A stretch of DNA of 64,000 bases. It comes from Eledone cirrhosa. Lineage: Eukaryota. The stretch covers positions 191,270,001-191,334,000 of the forward strand of contig OZ024743.1 in NCBI GenBank assembly GCA_964016885.1. Direction: 5' to 3'. Shown in pieces: positions 38,580 through 53,454 of the stretch; within the stretch, counting starts at the first letter, position 1, and each line of letters opens with the position of its first letter. A program made the translations under genes and the position numbers. A model generated the notes under the pieces. The model saw nothing but the letters and a program-made list of their open reading frames with translations. It searched no databases and was not told the origin of the DNA.

Positions 38580-40049
38580 TAATTATTATAAACCATTTAT
38601 TGTGATTTATTTAAGTGTTATATTTGCTATTCCTAATATCTACGTTTATCTCGAAATATGGGATATTATTCTGGATTGAGATGCCATCGGTGTTACAATG
38701 AGTTTAAATGCGAAGATGGAGTTATTCTCGAGATTATTTTTATGACGATCGGCCTATTCATGTGTCTATCACAACAAATATATCGTCGATATACCGATTG
38801 CAGTTGATAGGGCTGTATTTGGAGACAACTATGTTTTCCACTTTAGTCGGGAATATAAAGGGAGAGTTGGTTGATTTTGTGTGTGTGAAGAAAGAAATGA
38901 TTGAGAAATTGAAATACATGAATATAGCTACAAACAAGGATCTAAATTGAATTTCGAACTCGCCACACCACTACTTGATGTTATAGTCCAAGGCAAAAGC
39001 CTATAGTTATAGAATAATCCTCAATAATAATTTTAAAAAACATTCCTGTAGTGGGGTAATAAATAAAATTCAAGTCAAATACATAGGAAAATTACATCTG
39101 TAATTGGGATGTACGAGAAATAATTACATACAATATAATATAACCAGATTCCTGACCGCAGTCATAATAGCCATGTTTAACATTAGTAACAATATAAATT
39201 ACCAACTTAGAATGACAAAGAAAAAGATTAATAAAAAAACATATCTACTTCTGCTCGAAAGAATCACCGATCGAGGCAAAAATGATATAATTATAGCTAG
39301 CTTGTATTCAATTATGTTCTGTATGTTATTTCTCATAAACTTCTAAAGTTGATTTGTATTCATATGTATGTTATTTTATATTTTGTATCAATTATAACAA
39401 ATACATATATAAATACATAATAGAAGACCAATTATTTCATTCTACCCCGTAATTTTAAACAGAAACAGACGATTTTTTTAGCAAAAGAATATTTAGAAAT
39501 CTTGTCAAATATCAACCCAAATAAATGTATTTCGTTTAAGAAGTCAATATTTTTATAATACTTTTATGTTATTTATCCGGTAAGCACTGGAGTACATGGA
39601 ATATAGTCTAAAGAAAACTTGAGTCCATTTTACCATTTTTCGTTGACGCTACTTCGTTTCGTTTAGCCTGATAATACCGCCCAGCAAATACAACAACGAA
39701 GTATGTTCTTTTCTTCATATGACGAATTTGAAGTCATGTCCCAAAGGGAGAATTCCATAGTTAGTAGTGTTCAGTAAACCTAAGCTCTCAAGTATACGAA
39801 TACATGTTTCGTTCTCCATTCACAGGTTTATATTTTACATGATTTCCGGTAATACTGACCCCAAGAAGAACAGTGAAATTGACAACTTCCACAAAATTGA
39901 AGAATCCTTGCGCTTATTGATTCTCAATATTTAACTTGGAACAGTCTATTGATTCACAAACAACATAAAGTTATATTTAGTTTCTCATATTGATACTCTC
40001 AGTTTGAAATATATTGGTTTTAATGTTATGTTTTCATGGCGACAAATTA

Positions 40050-40450
40050 AATAATTGTTTCTACTTTGAGCACAATTTGGAGGGAAAGGGAAATTTAACC
40101 CCAGTGCTTTACTGATACTTTATTTTATCGAACGTTAAGGATAAAAGGCAAGGCTAAACTCGGTGGTATTTGAAATCAGAATATATAGGGTCGTTACTAT
40201 ATACCGCAAAGCATTTCGGTCGACGCTCCACCGATATTGGTTTCTAAATTATGCAAAAGGCCAACAATTGGCGAGAGAGGAAGGTCGATTAAACCGACCC
40301 AAGTGTATGGTGCTTTATTTTATTGACCTCGTAATGATGAAAGGCAAAACTAAGTTCGGCGGGATTTGAACTCAGATGGTAAACGGGTATAACCCTATGT
40401 CATAAAGCATGTTTTCCGACGCTCTACCGATATTACCAATCCACCGCCGA
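40050..40450 (-). mobile_element. Two adjacent tRNA-derived SINE copies
   Basis: Two occurrences of the gatRaaaggcaa...atttgaaNtcaga block. Confidence 0.7.
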
Positions 40451-42192
40451 TAAATAATAATCGTGTAATGGTGTGCACTTTAGTTCTCTGTATCCTTTAG
40501 ATGCCAGAGTGCGCTTTCCTACTACTTCAACTAGAATATTTCCATCACATTTTAACTAATCGATTTTCATAACGTCTGGATGGCATACGCAGCAGGGCGT
40601 AGTATGGATTACTTTGTTATATAATGTTTCATCCCGTTATATTTCTTAGTTCAAATTGCACCCATGTCCACTTTTCTTTTCTCTGAGGTTCATATAATGT
40701 GTAGCCGAGGATAAAATAATTATTGGAATCGATGAAATGTAATGAACCATAGTTCGGATGATTGTTCGAATGATTGAAACTACTAAAATACTTTTTTTAT
40801 AAAATAGAGAGATGTACATCAACTGCGTATTATTATTAATTTCTGTGAAATTAGATTCAGGCATGTTTTATCAAGAATTTCACCATAATAACAAAGGGAT
40901 ATACTCTCAGCTGCATACGACAACATGCTTTTCGTCAATTATGACACTGACATTCTTAGGCTCTTCATTATATGTAAGTGTTCAGTCGATTTTATAACTA
41001 GCAGGTCTGTGACAAGGCATTTAAATATGTTGTTATTCAGTCTTGTTACGGATTTTATCCAACGGAGCTAGAATAACAAACATTCTTGCCGGAAACATTG
41101 CATCTTTTCTTAGATATAGTGTTCTTAGGATTAAACTATGCAATTCGTCCTTACTTTTTAAGAGAATATAAAATGGTATAAGTATGATTTTGTTTCAATT
41201 TCCAAAGATTCGAGAGACTATATATAGGTTTCCTTATTAGTTCCCAGTTATGTACATACTCGAAAAGTATTAGCTTACACTGTAGGATTATATTAATGAA
41301 TTAAATGTTATTCCAATGATAGTTTCGTCCTGCTAGGGTTATTCCCATGAATGCCACCAACGATTAAGGAAAATATTAAGCCATAAAATAATGGGGGACG
41401 ATTCTAACCATAATATATATATATATACCTTCAAGTTATTTGACTCTTATTAATATCAAAATTTGCAAATAATATCAAGGCTGGTTACAGCGTTTTCAAC
41501 GGTGCCAGCGGCAACCGAATATTTGTAAGTCGGTGTCAATTTTCAAAAGAGATTTTGAATGCCCCAGCTTTTCTGTTTTACCGCCGATGTTTACATATAC
41601 AGGCATTTACTATTTAAAAAATCAGAGCCAAAGTAAAATAACTGAAGTGAACCAAAGACAGGAATATACATAAATAATTGAAGGAGGCGGATACAGAATG
41701 TCGTACATATAATAATTCTCAATTAATCCAAACTTAGATGAGGATGACTCAGCGTTAATTATTAACGACTCCCAGACGCGTTAATTTCAAAATATTAACA
41801 ATCAATTTGACAGATTATTCTTCACCTAGAAGAATACCCTGACAAAGGCTAGGGGTCCTTCATTCCCAGTGGTTTAACTGCGCGATCGGCTGTCCATCCC
41901 GACTTGTTCTATGTCCCCGCGCATATACATACACATGCACCCATGCATATACACATATACATATACATACATATGTACATGTGTATATACATATTTACAC
42001 ACTTTTGGATGGCCGTTGACTCTTATGAGTTCTTCCGCCCTTTGTCAGGTTTTGTTTTTTGTCCTGCAGGGTGTCCAAAGTCACCCTCCTCTCCAAGTAA
42101 ACTTGTTGGGTTTGTCGGTTTAGTCGCCGACGACCCGACCATGCAACAGGTTGTACTGGGTTACATGTTATCAGTAGCACTCAGAGTAACCA

Positions 42193-42235
<43 letters not shown>

Positions 42236-42240
<5 letters not shown>

Positions 42241-42552
42241 GTCCTTCATCAGTGATCTTCCAACCTTCATTGGAACTTAAGCTCGGTAAAATCATAGACG
42301 AGAGGTAAAGACCATCCGACCTGGGCGAGATGTGAGCGATCTTTCCGTTGCATTACCATCTATGTTTATTTACATGTCTCGCTCGCTTCACCCTATTTTA
42401 CGTGTCCCAATAACTTTCTTTAGTTATTGCTCGCACCAACCAGAGGTATATGATTTTTAACGCGAAGAAATACCAATGAAGGTTGGAAGATCACTGATGA
42501 AGGACTAATTGTATTCATATGTAACCCATGTGCAACCACGCAGCACGCCATT

Positions 42553-42557
<5 letters not shown>
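42236..42557. mobile_element. Asymmetric inverted-repeat element in (TA)n
   Basis: 38-bp inverted repeat 42236-42273/42473-42510 plus a 47-nt tail. Confidence 0.75.
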
Positions 42558-42600
<43 letters not shown>

Positions 42601-42603
<3 letters not shown>

Positions 42604-43127
42604 CAAGTAAGTGTAGACACAGAAAATATCTTTAAAAATAATAAATAAGTTCCAAGAAATTCACTGTACTTACTATATGTGCCCTTACCACGGTTTCAGA
42701 TCCCAAACAAATAGATAATCCAAGCGGATTTACATTGAGAAAGAGATCATCGTCAGAAGGCTCTTCTCTCTCGGAGAATATAAAATTCCCGAGTTAAAAT
42801 TACAAACTGGCACCATTCTAAACTGCCTCAGAATGAGAGCAAATGAATGATGAAACAGTTTTGTCATGGTACCGTGTGCAAAGCCAAAAGGCTCAGTGGA
42901 CAGGTCAGTCCTGTGCTGCTAGAAATAGCAGCCATTCAAACGACCAAAGGTTTCTCTACCATTGGGGAGAATAATAATAAAAGTATGTGTTCCTACATGT
43001 AATTAATACACACAGGGACACAAGTAGAGTCCGACCGTTTGCCAGTGTGGTTCAATGGCAAGTTAATAAATTAACAGGCCAGTACATATAAAATCAAGGG
43101 AGTGTAAACACAGAAAATATCTTTAAA

Positions 43128-43134
<7 letters not shown>
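42601..43134 (-). mobile_element. Terminally redundant 491-nt unit with an HHR (retrozyme-like)
   Basis: 43-bp direct repeats 42601-42643/43092-43134; (TA)n on both sides. Confidence 0.7.
42681..42761 (-). ncRNA. Type I hammerhead ribozyme
   Basis: Stem I gcctt/agggc; CUGACGA; stem II gatct/ggatc; GAAA; accgtggt; GUA. Confidence 0.8.
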
Positions 43135-43226
<92 letters not shown>

Positions 43227-43479
43227 AAGGGGAGAAAGAAAGAGAGAGAGAGGAGCGAGGCTGTGGGTGAGAGGGTGGGAGAGAGAGACTAGATTCCTTT
43301 TCTCAATATACCTTCTGTATGAGGAAAATATAATTAAAATTGTAATTAAGGTAGTGAGCTATAAATTCTTTGTAATTAATTGAAATTAAGACTGTACCGA
43401 AATGAAACGTTTGATGTGATACGTGAAATATCAAAACATGAACTAATTCTCGTCGCAGGAGATTTTTAACGGAAAGATT

Positions 43480-45010
43480 GGACAAGACAAGCTAAAGCGT
43501 TTTGCTTTCCTGATAAAACGAACAAAAATGGAGGATTATTGTAGGATCCTTTAACTGAATGTAATCTGACTGATGTGAAAGTTAAGTATGAGAAAAAAAC
43601 TAGAAAAGTTGTGGACTTTCAAATATCCAAATGGTGCCTGAAGTCCGCTTCATTACATTTTAATAAAGAAAGTTGTGTATTTAAACTGCAAAACGTAACG
43701 AAGATGGTCTTATTGGAAAACCAGGAGATAGTAAAGAAAAGGAAAGAATTAAAAGAAACAAACATTTTATAGTTGAAGCTAAAACGAATTTGGATGATGC
43801 TTATATCAAAGAACAAGAAAGCTACATCAGATCTACTGTATAATGACCACGAAAAGCTAAGCCTGAATGGAATCTTATTGATGACATAACTGGAAGAATG
43901 TAATCCTGTCAAGGTAAGATAAAAGCTGAAAGCCCCGAGGAAAGAGTATTTTGCTCTTAGAGTTTGTACAACCACCCTTGATAGTTGAAGGAAATATTGA
44001 GAAGTTATTTTGACCCACTGGCTATTGCTGTTGGTGATTTTACAATGCAGAAGTTGAAAGATGCAATCGACACAAAATGACAAAGCTTGGATAATATACC
44101 AGCATAAGTATGGGAAGTATGCGTGAACGATGAGCTAACTGAAATCTGCTAAAAGATGTCCAAAGGAGATTTACCGAAAATCTGGAGAAAAAGGAAAATA
44201 GTGCTTTTAGCCAGGAGAGGACCTGGAATATATAACAAATTACAGTACTTTATCTGTAATTGCAGTTAAAATTTACAACAGAATGTTATCAAAAAGAATA
44301 AGACCAAATCTAGACCTGAAACTCAAAATAGATCAGAATGGTTTCAGATAGAATATATCAACTGTCTCAGAAATATTGACACTGCGGAGGTTTCTACAAG
44401 GCATCAGATCAAAGGACCTGAATGTTGTACGAACTCTCATTGACTTCAAAACAGCTTTTGACTCCCTATATAGAGGAAAGCGTATGTCAATCCTAGTTGC
44501 ATATTGCATACCTGATGCTATAGTTTCTGCTATAAATGTACTCTACGAGGGTCGGCTAAAAAGTTCATAGGTCGACTATGAATGGTTGATGCTAGAGTTG
44601 TGAAATATTGAATGCATTTATTTCAACACTTCTTATTAATAACCGCATAGTTTCTTTCCAGGGGCTATGTTAAAAAATAAACCTCATCTGGTCATTCAAT
44701 GAGAGCATCTTGGTTAGCAATTGAACTTTTCAGCCGACCCTCGTACATAAACATGGAGGCTCAGGTTACGCTCTCCCGATTGTGATACCGAGTGTTTGAT
44801 ACACTAGAGGGTGACCTTGAAGGTCTTTGTCACCAAATTTCATTATAATCACTCTGTACTATGCCATGGGGAAAGCCATTCTTAATGAGCAGGATCTTGG
44901 CTTTACGTCGACACAAAGGAGAAGTAAGCGAAACCCACCAACAGAGTTTGCTGATGACTTAGTTCTTCTATCAAATACCATTGACCAAGCTCATGTTTGC
45001 CGTGTACAAA
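43480..45010 (+). mobile_element. Degenerate RTE-clade LINE, RT region
   Basis: KIYNRML, QNGFR, LIDFKTAFDSL, FADDLVLL in disrupted frames. Confidence 0.85.
44546..44743. mobile_element. Mariner-type MITE inserted in the RTE remnant
   Basis: TIRs cgagggtcggctaaaaagttca/tgaacttttcagccgaccctcg with TA duplication. Confidence 0.9.
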
Positions 45011-47506
45011 CATATTACAAAACTTTGAGAAAGTTAAATATTTTAATAAGTACAACTTGGGAAAATATATTACTTTTTGAATAATGTTCAAAAGAGACCA
45101 TCCTGTATGTGTTAGCCGTTAAACCAGGGGAAATATAAGATCTATAACTTTTTTATGTAATCTTATTTTTCTGTCTTGTGCACACCTCACTCAGCATAGT
45201 GTCTCACATTAGAAGGACCAACGAAAACCGATATAACATTTCACATTTAACATTAATTTGAACCCTTTGAACGATATGGTTAAAAAAGACAACTTCAAAA
45301 ACTACCCAAACAACACGAACACATACGTTTGTCAATCGAAGGAAATAAAGCGAATATAATTGACGAATGTTTTGGTTTGAGCATCACTTGCAGCAATAGC
45401 CACACTTTATAGCGAGCTGTTAATGATAAAAGAGAAAAAATATGCTGAGGAAAGTTTACATGTCTAAAGAAATATGTGAACTTAGTTGATTCATTAACAA
45501 ATAACAAAGATGAAGTTTATATATAAACTTGCATTTCTAAAACACCGGGAACTATTTCATTTCCTCAATTTTGCAACTGAAGTTAGCATATAAACTGTAC
45601 ATAGAACCGTATGTTTGGTTTACAAGACAGAGAACAAGATGAGAAAGTAGGCCGAGTGTGTACGTCGAAGAACTGCCCATACATCCATGCGATTATACGT
45701 GGGAAAATTCATACAAGTCTGATTGAAGAATACGACATTCAGTACTACTATCTGTTGATAAGAGTCGAACGGATTAGAAATAACATGTGGTTTGGCAGGT
45801 CCATCAAGATACCACATAGAGGCTCTTTCCTCGACTTCATTCCCAATCGGGAGACACTTATTTGTAAGATATGACTCATTTCTACTCGAAGGTGTTGCAG
45901 CCAGGTTTTGTTTTGTATTTCCAATGTTGTTAGAGGTTCAATGCCCTTGCGGAATATAGAGACACAATGGCTACATAAGATCGCGAAGTTCGCAAGGGTA
46001 TTATTAATGTCATTGTAAATCAAATAATTGTTCTCTTCTGGCGAATTTCAGGTCGGTGTTTCTAAACGATTTCCAAATATTTATTGGACTAGCATTTTCG
46101 CTTAGTGATAGAAACTATATACGCTGAAATATCGTTAGTTGAACGTTTCTGAGATTCACAAAGAGTGACAAAACTGTTCTCTACGAAGACGACACTGCCC
46201 CAAAATTGCTGAATTTAGGAGTTATGTCAATATTTTGTTGAATATGTGTAGCATGGATCCAGTCTCGTCCAGATTTACTATAAGGAGCTCTCCAGTGTCA
46301 TTCTTTTGGCAAGGATATACTGACGCTTTTCTTCTGATGAATGGAATAAAAGTGCTAAAGGGATGGGCATGATTGGAAGAGCTGTAAAGAACTATCTTCT
46401 TAGGCAAAGCTTTCATCAACCAGTAAATGTAATACATGACAAGACGGGAGACTACCTTTGGTAGAGTTTCGGTGAGTTTGGTAAGCATGGCCTAAGTAAA
46501 TGCACGTTCTCCCATATGCTCTGGCAGGTTGTGAACATAACGTTAATAGAGAGCACATTCTTCTGATAGCTTGAATAATTATAGATTTATGTGGAGTTCC
46601 AAGGATGTTCAAAGATAGTTGTCCTCTCAGAACCATTTTGTCTCGATGCATGTTTCCATATATTCTTTTTATCTCTCTTCTGTATATAAGATGTCAGCAG
46701 CAAACTTTTGTTAATGTATCCTTTATAATACCCCACATTCACCACTCTAGTAACAAGAAACAAACTGCTGTATCTAAGATGGCTAAATCGTTAAATTCTT
46801 GCCGTAATTATTTTAACTATTTTTAGACCTTAAAAAATAAAGGATAAAAGTGTTACTTCTTAGGTGTGCGTATGTATCCGTAACTTTATATATGTACACA
46901 TCTGTGTGGTAGTGTCAATCTGTGTGGGTGTGCTTATGTGAATATATATTTGTGTATCATCGGAATATGAAATAAATATTGCATCTAAAAACAATCAATA
47001 TTGTTCACCAAACGACTGTCATCGATTAACGAATATTATTCGTTTTCCTGTATCGAAGGAACAGTAAATATATTTATAGAGTAAGCACATAGCGAAAATA
47101 TTTAACACGTTTTTATTTCATAAAGGTATTATTTCCCGTTAAGAGAACTTTAGGTACATTATATTGATTCTTCTCTTTTTTAAGCTCCGACTAAAATCCT
47201 CCAATAATATCTCAAAGGAATAGATTTTTGCATTAAACCTTTCATTGTGTGGCTTGAACGGCATCCTTTCTATTGTGTTATGCTCATGTGATATTGACTG
47301 CGATAGCCAGTCAATAATATATAAGTATTTCCTCAGTTGGTTAGTACACACACACACATATATATAGAGGTGCGTGCAGACACACACACACACACACACA
47401 TATGAATATATATTTATTATATATATATATATATATGTGTGTGTGCTTGTGTGTGTGTGTGTGTGTGAGTGTCTATGAGTATATACATATATACATATGT
47501 AGATAC

Positions 47507-47593
<87 letters not shown>

Positions 47594-47815
47594 CATGTGT
47601 GTGCGTATCAATCATCGTTTGACTGCAGTAGCAGAGAGCCACAGGCATTGTAGAGCGTTTATAATCAATTCGTGTCCCTGGGCCAATTTTGAACACAGAA
47701 CGCAGCGAACTGGAAGAAAGAACGCTATGCATTCGAACCAAGCCTCTAACGGCATTGCCAATTTGTCAATAGGTGTGAGTGTTTTGATTTGTGTGTGTAC
47801 ACACACGTACACACA

Positions 47816-48390
<575 letters not shown>

Positions 48391-48632
48391 AATATACAGG
48401 TATTCTTTGGGGTTTTTTCTTGTTACAGTCATTAAACATCAGTTTTGTTGGGGCAGCACATTAATAGGATTTAGTCAATTATATTAAATCCAGTACTTAT
48501 TTTTCAAGTCTAGCACGTTTGTCTGCTAACCGTCAGGTTACAAGATATTAACACAGGCATAAGCACACACATGCACGTACATATATATACATATTGGCAT
48601 ACATGCATATACATATCTATATACAAATATAC

Positions 48633-48715
<83 letters not shown>

Positions 48716-48723
48716 TTTATTTT

Positions 48724-49503
48724 ATTTTCAATACCCGAATTACTTGATCGTTTTTTTTTATTGGCTATGCGAATGATTGTTTAACCATCGTCTCAGTGTG
48801 TTTGGCCTTTAACGTTTGGTATAGCTCTGGTTCATTTGAATCATTGAGCACTTGCCTCACATCTCGGAGATTGTTTTTCGCTATTTTGTGGGCCGAAATG
48901 CGAATCTCGATAATTTATGTTTGTATTTATCTCCAGAATCTAGCTATTGACCAGTTAATTTTCTTGATATTTTAGTTGATTCTATTGACTGATGAATAGC
49001 TTATGTTAATGTTAACTCTTCTGTTGAGAACTCTATTCGATTTGTGATGTTTTTGCATTCTTGCAAAAATATACACAACTGAATTTATTCGCCTGATATA
49101 GGGGCTGCCTCCCTTGCCGATCTCCACGTGGAGTCAGCAATATTCAGTCCTTGTATTAACATTGAACTAAAATATGTTGAGAAAGTGGCTTCCTTGTTCA
49201 ATCAACTTACCAGAAGCCTGACATTATTTATGTAAGCAGACGGTACTTGATTTAGGAGCCGTAGAAACCCAAATACTGGATTTTACCAACATTCCAGGGG
49301 TCCGGGTAAATTTTCAATACCCGAATTACTTGATCGTTTTTTGGGCTATGCGAATGATTGTTTAACCATCGTCTCAGTGTGTTTGGCCTTTAACGTTTGT
49401 TATAGCTCTGGTTCATCTGAATCATTGAGCACTTGCCTCACATCTCGGATGTTGTTTTTCGTTATTTCGTGGGCCGAAATGCGAATCTCGATAATTTATG
49501 TTT

Positions 49504-49505
<2 letters not shown>
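48724..49505. repeat. ~200-bp direct repeats with 586-bp period, in (TA)n
   Basis: 48724-48924 vs 49310-49505. Confidence 0.88.
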
Positions 49506-49570
<65 letters not shown>

Positions 49571-49704
49571 CATATATGTACATACGTATATATACATACA
49601 TATATGTACATCAATACTCATCTTTTTCCATTTATCTGGGGGTTCTAAACCTTATTATCAGGCTAAAATTCCTTTAGTCAAAAATACGGTGAAAGCTATT
49701 CTAT

Positions 49705-49778
<74 letters not shown>

Positions 49779-49780
49779 AT

Positions 49781-50388
49781 AGTATTAAGGATACTATTTA
49801 TGGTTATATATATACTAAAACCTTTTATATTTATATATATTTTAAACCCTAAATAGTGGAAGACAGTAATTTATTACTATCTTATTACCAGTAAGATAAA
49901 TAGCTCAATATAACAACATCAGTTGTTTTACAGAGCAGTTATATAGAAATTACATGAATCAAAGTTCTGTTTAAATCATTGATTTGCTTACAATTGTTTC
50001 TTCCAAACCGAGGTTTGAGGTCTTCGGACCAATTATTCAGTGATTTTTTTAAATACTTGACCTCCTTTTCAACACAAGATACATATAGAAACATTAAATT
50101 TATTTTAATTAATTAATTTTAATTTTAATTTTAACTTTAATTTTGTCCTTTAATATGACTGTAATCTTTGTATGTAAATTGCCATGCTATATTATTATAA
50201 TGGATGTCAATCCACTGTGGGTCAATATATACATATGTTTCTATATGTCTCTTGTGTTGAAAAGGAAGTCAAGTATGTAAAAAATCACTGAATAATTGCT
50301 CTGAAGACTCCAAACCTCGCTTTGGAAGAAACAACTGTAAGCAAATAAATGATTTAAACAGAACTTTGATTCATGTAATTTCTATATA
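49781..50388 (+). mobile_element. Asymmetric inverted pLTR-like element (family L)
   Basis: Arms 49940-50094/50235-50388, each with an HHR motif; 160-nt extra tail. Confidence 0.85.
50296..50344 (+). ncRNA. Minimal type I hammerhead (mutated mirror copy at 49984-50032, minus strand)
   Basis: ttgct-CUGAAGA-ctccaaa/tttggaa-GAAA-caactg-UA-agcaa. Confidence 0.8.
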
Positions 50389-50459
50389 TGTATATATATA
50401 TATATATAGATATATATATATATAGATATAGATATACATATATAGATATATATATATAC

Positions 50460-50589
<130 letters not shown>

Positions 50590-50600
50590 GTATATATATG

Positions 50601-50631
<31 letters not shown>

Positions 50632-50642
50632 GTATATATATG

Positions 50643-50678
<36 letters not shown>

Positions 50679-50683
50679 TATAT

Positions 50684-50801
<118 letters not shown>

Positions 50802-50949
50802 TAGAAAATAGAATAGCTTTCACGGTATTTTTGACTAAAGGAATTTTAGCCTGATAATGGGGTTTAGAACCCTCAGATAAATGGAAAAAGATGAGTATTG
50901 ATGTACATATATGTATGTATATATATATGTATATATATATATATATATA

Positions 50950-51445
50950 ACGAAGGAAATGTGGTAAGGCACCAGATGGACCATAATACACCAAAGTACT
51001 CAAAAATTAGGGTAGTAGAGTAGGTAATAGTGTTTTTTTATATTTTTAACATTCTTATATTTTTCTATATATTTACTCCATATAGATTTACTTATTGTTT
51101 CGATTTCTTCCCCCCTCCCCCTCCCTAGTATATTTCTCTTGACCTCTTATCCTTAGGATTCTGCTGTAGTTGTCACTTTCAACGCACGACTGGGTTTCCT
51201 CCACTCCCTCTCCCTCTTTCTTCTACTGGCAAGTTCAGTTACCCCTTCCTTCCACAAAATGCCATGATAGTATTATGTGTCTCAACAACATACTTTTGAC
51301 CAATCCTTGTGACAATCACTTTTTCCATATATGGAATTACCCCCTGAGAAGCTCGGCTATTCATTTACCAGGATAAACATTTTCATTTAGTCCAGAATTA
51401 GCCGTCGAATCGGCTTGAGTTCAGCTGTCGGGATCCTACTCGTTC
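50950..51445 (+). mobile_element. Family C element with inverted 3' tail
   Basis: 50950-51035 mirrors the 3675-3750 tail; shares agctgtcgg with 3628; degenerate HHR-like region near 51340-51410. Confidence 0.55.
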
Positions 51446-51501
51446 ATATATATATATATATATGTATATATATAGATATATAGATATATATCGATATATA
51501 G

Positions 51502-51534
<33 letters not shown>

Positions 51535-51990
51535 AATGAAAATAAAATTAATGTAAGCAAAATGCCAACAATAATTCAGATATATAAGCGACTATACCAT
51601 CAAGATGAAAACATATTTAATGTAAGATGAGGGAATACAATCTTCATTCAAAATAATATCAAGAAGTAATACTTAACCGTCAATTTGGTGAAAACTATAA
51701 ATGCACTATATAATCTTAAAAGACCATTTCACGAAACTTTTCAGTGTGGTTAGTCACGTTTGGAGTCAATCTTCAGTAGTGCTCAACATATAACCAAAAG
51801 ACACTGCTAAAATACCGAGGAGAAAAAATAATTCAAAAGCAGGCAAGCGAACAGCGTGTAGAAATGAAATAACAAAACACACGTGAACACAAACTGGTGA
51901 TGGCGGGATGAGATGAAAAAGCAGTTTACAAGAAACAACAGTGAAAACATTGCGAAAAACTCAACAAAAATATTGTGTTCAGCATAAGCA

Positions 51991-52079
<89 letters not shown>

Positions 52080-53316
52080 AAAGTAAGTCCATAGAATCAT
52101 TTGATAAAATATATACAGTATTTCTCCTCCCAATCAGTATAATCAACCACATAAAAAATCAATTAAACGAGGCTCTAAGTTTAAAATGTGCCTATGAAGA
52201 AACAATAGATGAATAGACAATAGCTATTTTATCCGCGATCCACAGCTACAGAAGATTTACCTAGTATTTCTAATAGCCTAATTGTGTATGGTTAGCTATA
52301 TGTCTAGTCAATCTTCACATTCCACACTTTACTTTCACATTCCCATTTTCTTTCACTGCCTGATATTACTTGTCACTTGCGTTTTCAACTCCAGACATAT
52401 TCTGTTGTTTCGCAGCCGCTTTTATATTTGTATTTCTTTTTTTCATATGGCTGGTCTATAATTTGTATCTATGCGTGTGAGTGTGCATGCGCCTCCGTAT
52501 GTGTGCGTGTGTGTGTCTATATGTGTGAGCATGTGTGTTTTTATATCTATATTTATACGAGTGTGTGTATGTGGATGAACGTATGTGTATAAGTATGTGT
52601 ATATATATATATATATATATATGTATATGTATGTATGTGTGTATGCATATATGTATATATATAGTCGCGTACGTACGTGTGCTTAGATATACGTGTGCCG
52701 ATATATGTATGTATATGTGTGCTTCGTGTGTATGTATGTACGTATGCATGCGCTTTTGTATGTACTTATTCATATATATATTTTTTTATATGTATATGTG
52801 CGTACTTGCGAACCTTGTTTGTTTTCTTTTTCTCCAGTGTTAATTTATAATTGATAACCCCTCCCTCTTATTTTCTCTTTGATTTAAACAATTTTTTTTT
52901 TCTTTCTCATATATTGTTTCATTTTTATATGTATCGAATATGACACTCTTTTTATCTTCCGCATATAAATGATCGCGCATGTGTGGTTATGATGCGTGCT
53001 TTCATACTTGTATGTGTATATATTTAATACCTAAATCTGGATGTACATTATTTTTCAACTTATATTATATACGTATTGGTCACACATACACTATTATGCT
53101 TGCCCTCATATACGTACTTACGCACACACACATTTTCACTATACACATGCATTTGTACATACAAACATATGTACATTTGTGAGTGAATATATACACATTT
53201 ATACACATACCCTAACTATATTTCCTTATTTTTATATATCTCTTGCTTTATTCTCTTTTGCCCGTTAAATTCTTGCCTTTCTTGGGGAGATTGTCCAAAT
53301 ATTTCACTATGTTTTA

Positions 53317-53394
53317 AATTGCCTTGTCCGATGAACGAATGATGACGTTTTTCGTATTCGTCTTATTCGGGAAACATCCGGTAATGAGGTAATT
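53317..53394 (+). ncRNA. Type I hammerhead (core CCGAUGA)
   Basis: 11-bp stem I aattgccttgt/atgaggtaatt; stem II cgaat..gacg/cgtc..attcg; GAAA; GUA; ends shortly before (TA)n. Confidence 0.75.
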
Positions 53395-53415
53395 ATATTG
53401 TATAGTTTATTATAC

Positions 53416-53451
<36 letters not shown>

Positions 53452-53454
<3 letters not shown>

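Noticed and set aside
42494-42530. CUGAUGA inside the inverted repeat
   Set aside because: No GAAA or helix III downstream
45900-46700. Possible L1/Tx1 C-terminal remnant on the minus strand
   Set aside because: Only a vague resemblance, with many stops
51715-51785. CUGAAGA...GAAA on the minus strand
   Set aside because: Stem I does not close
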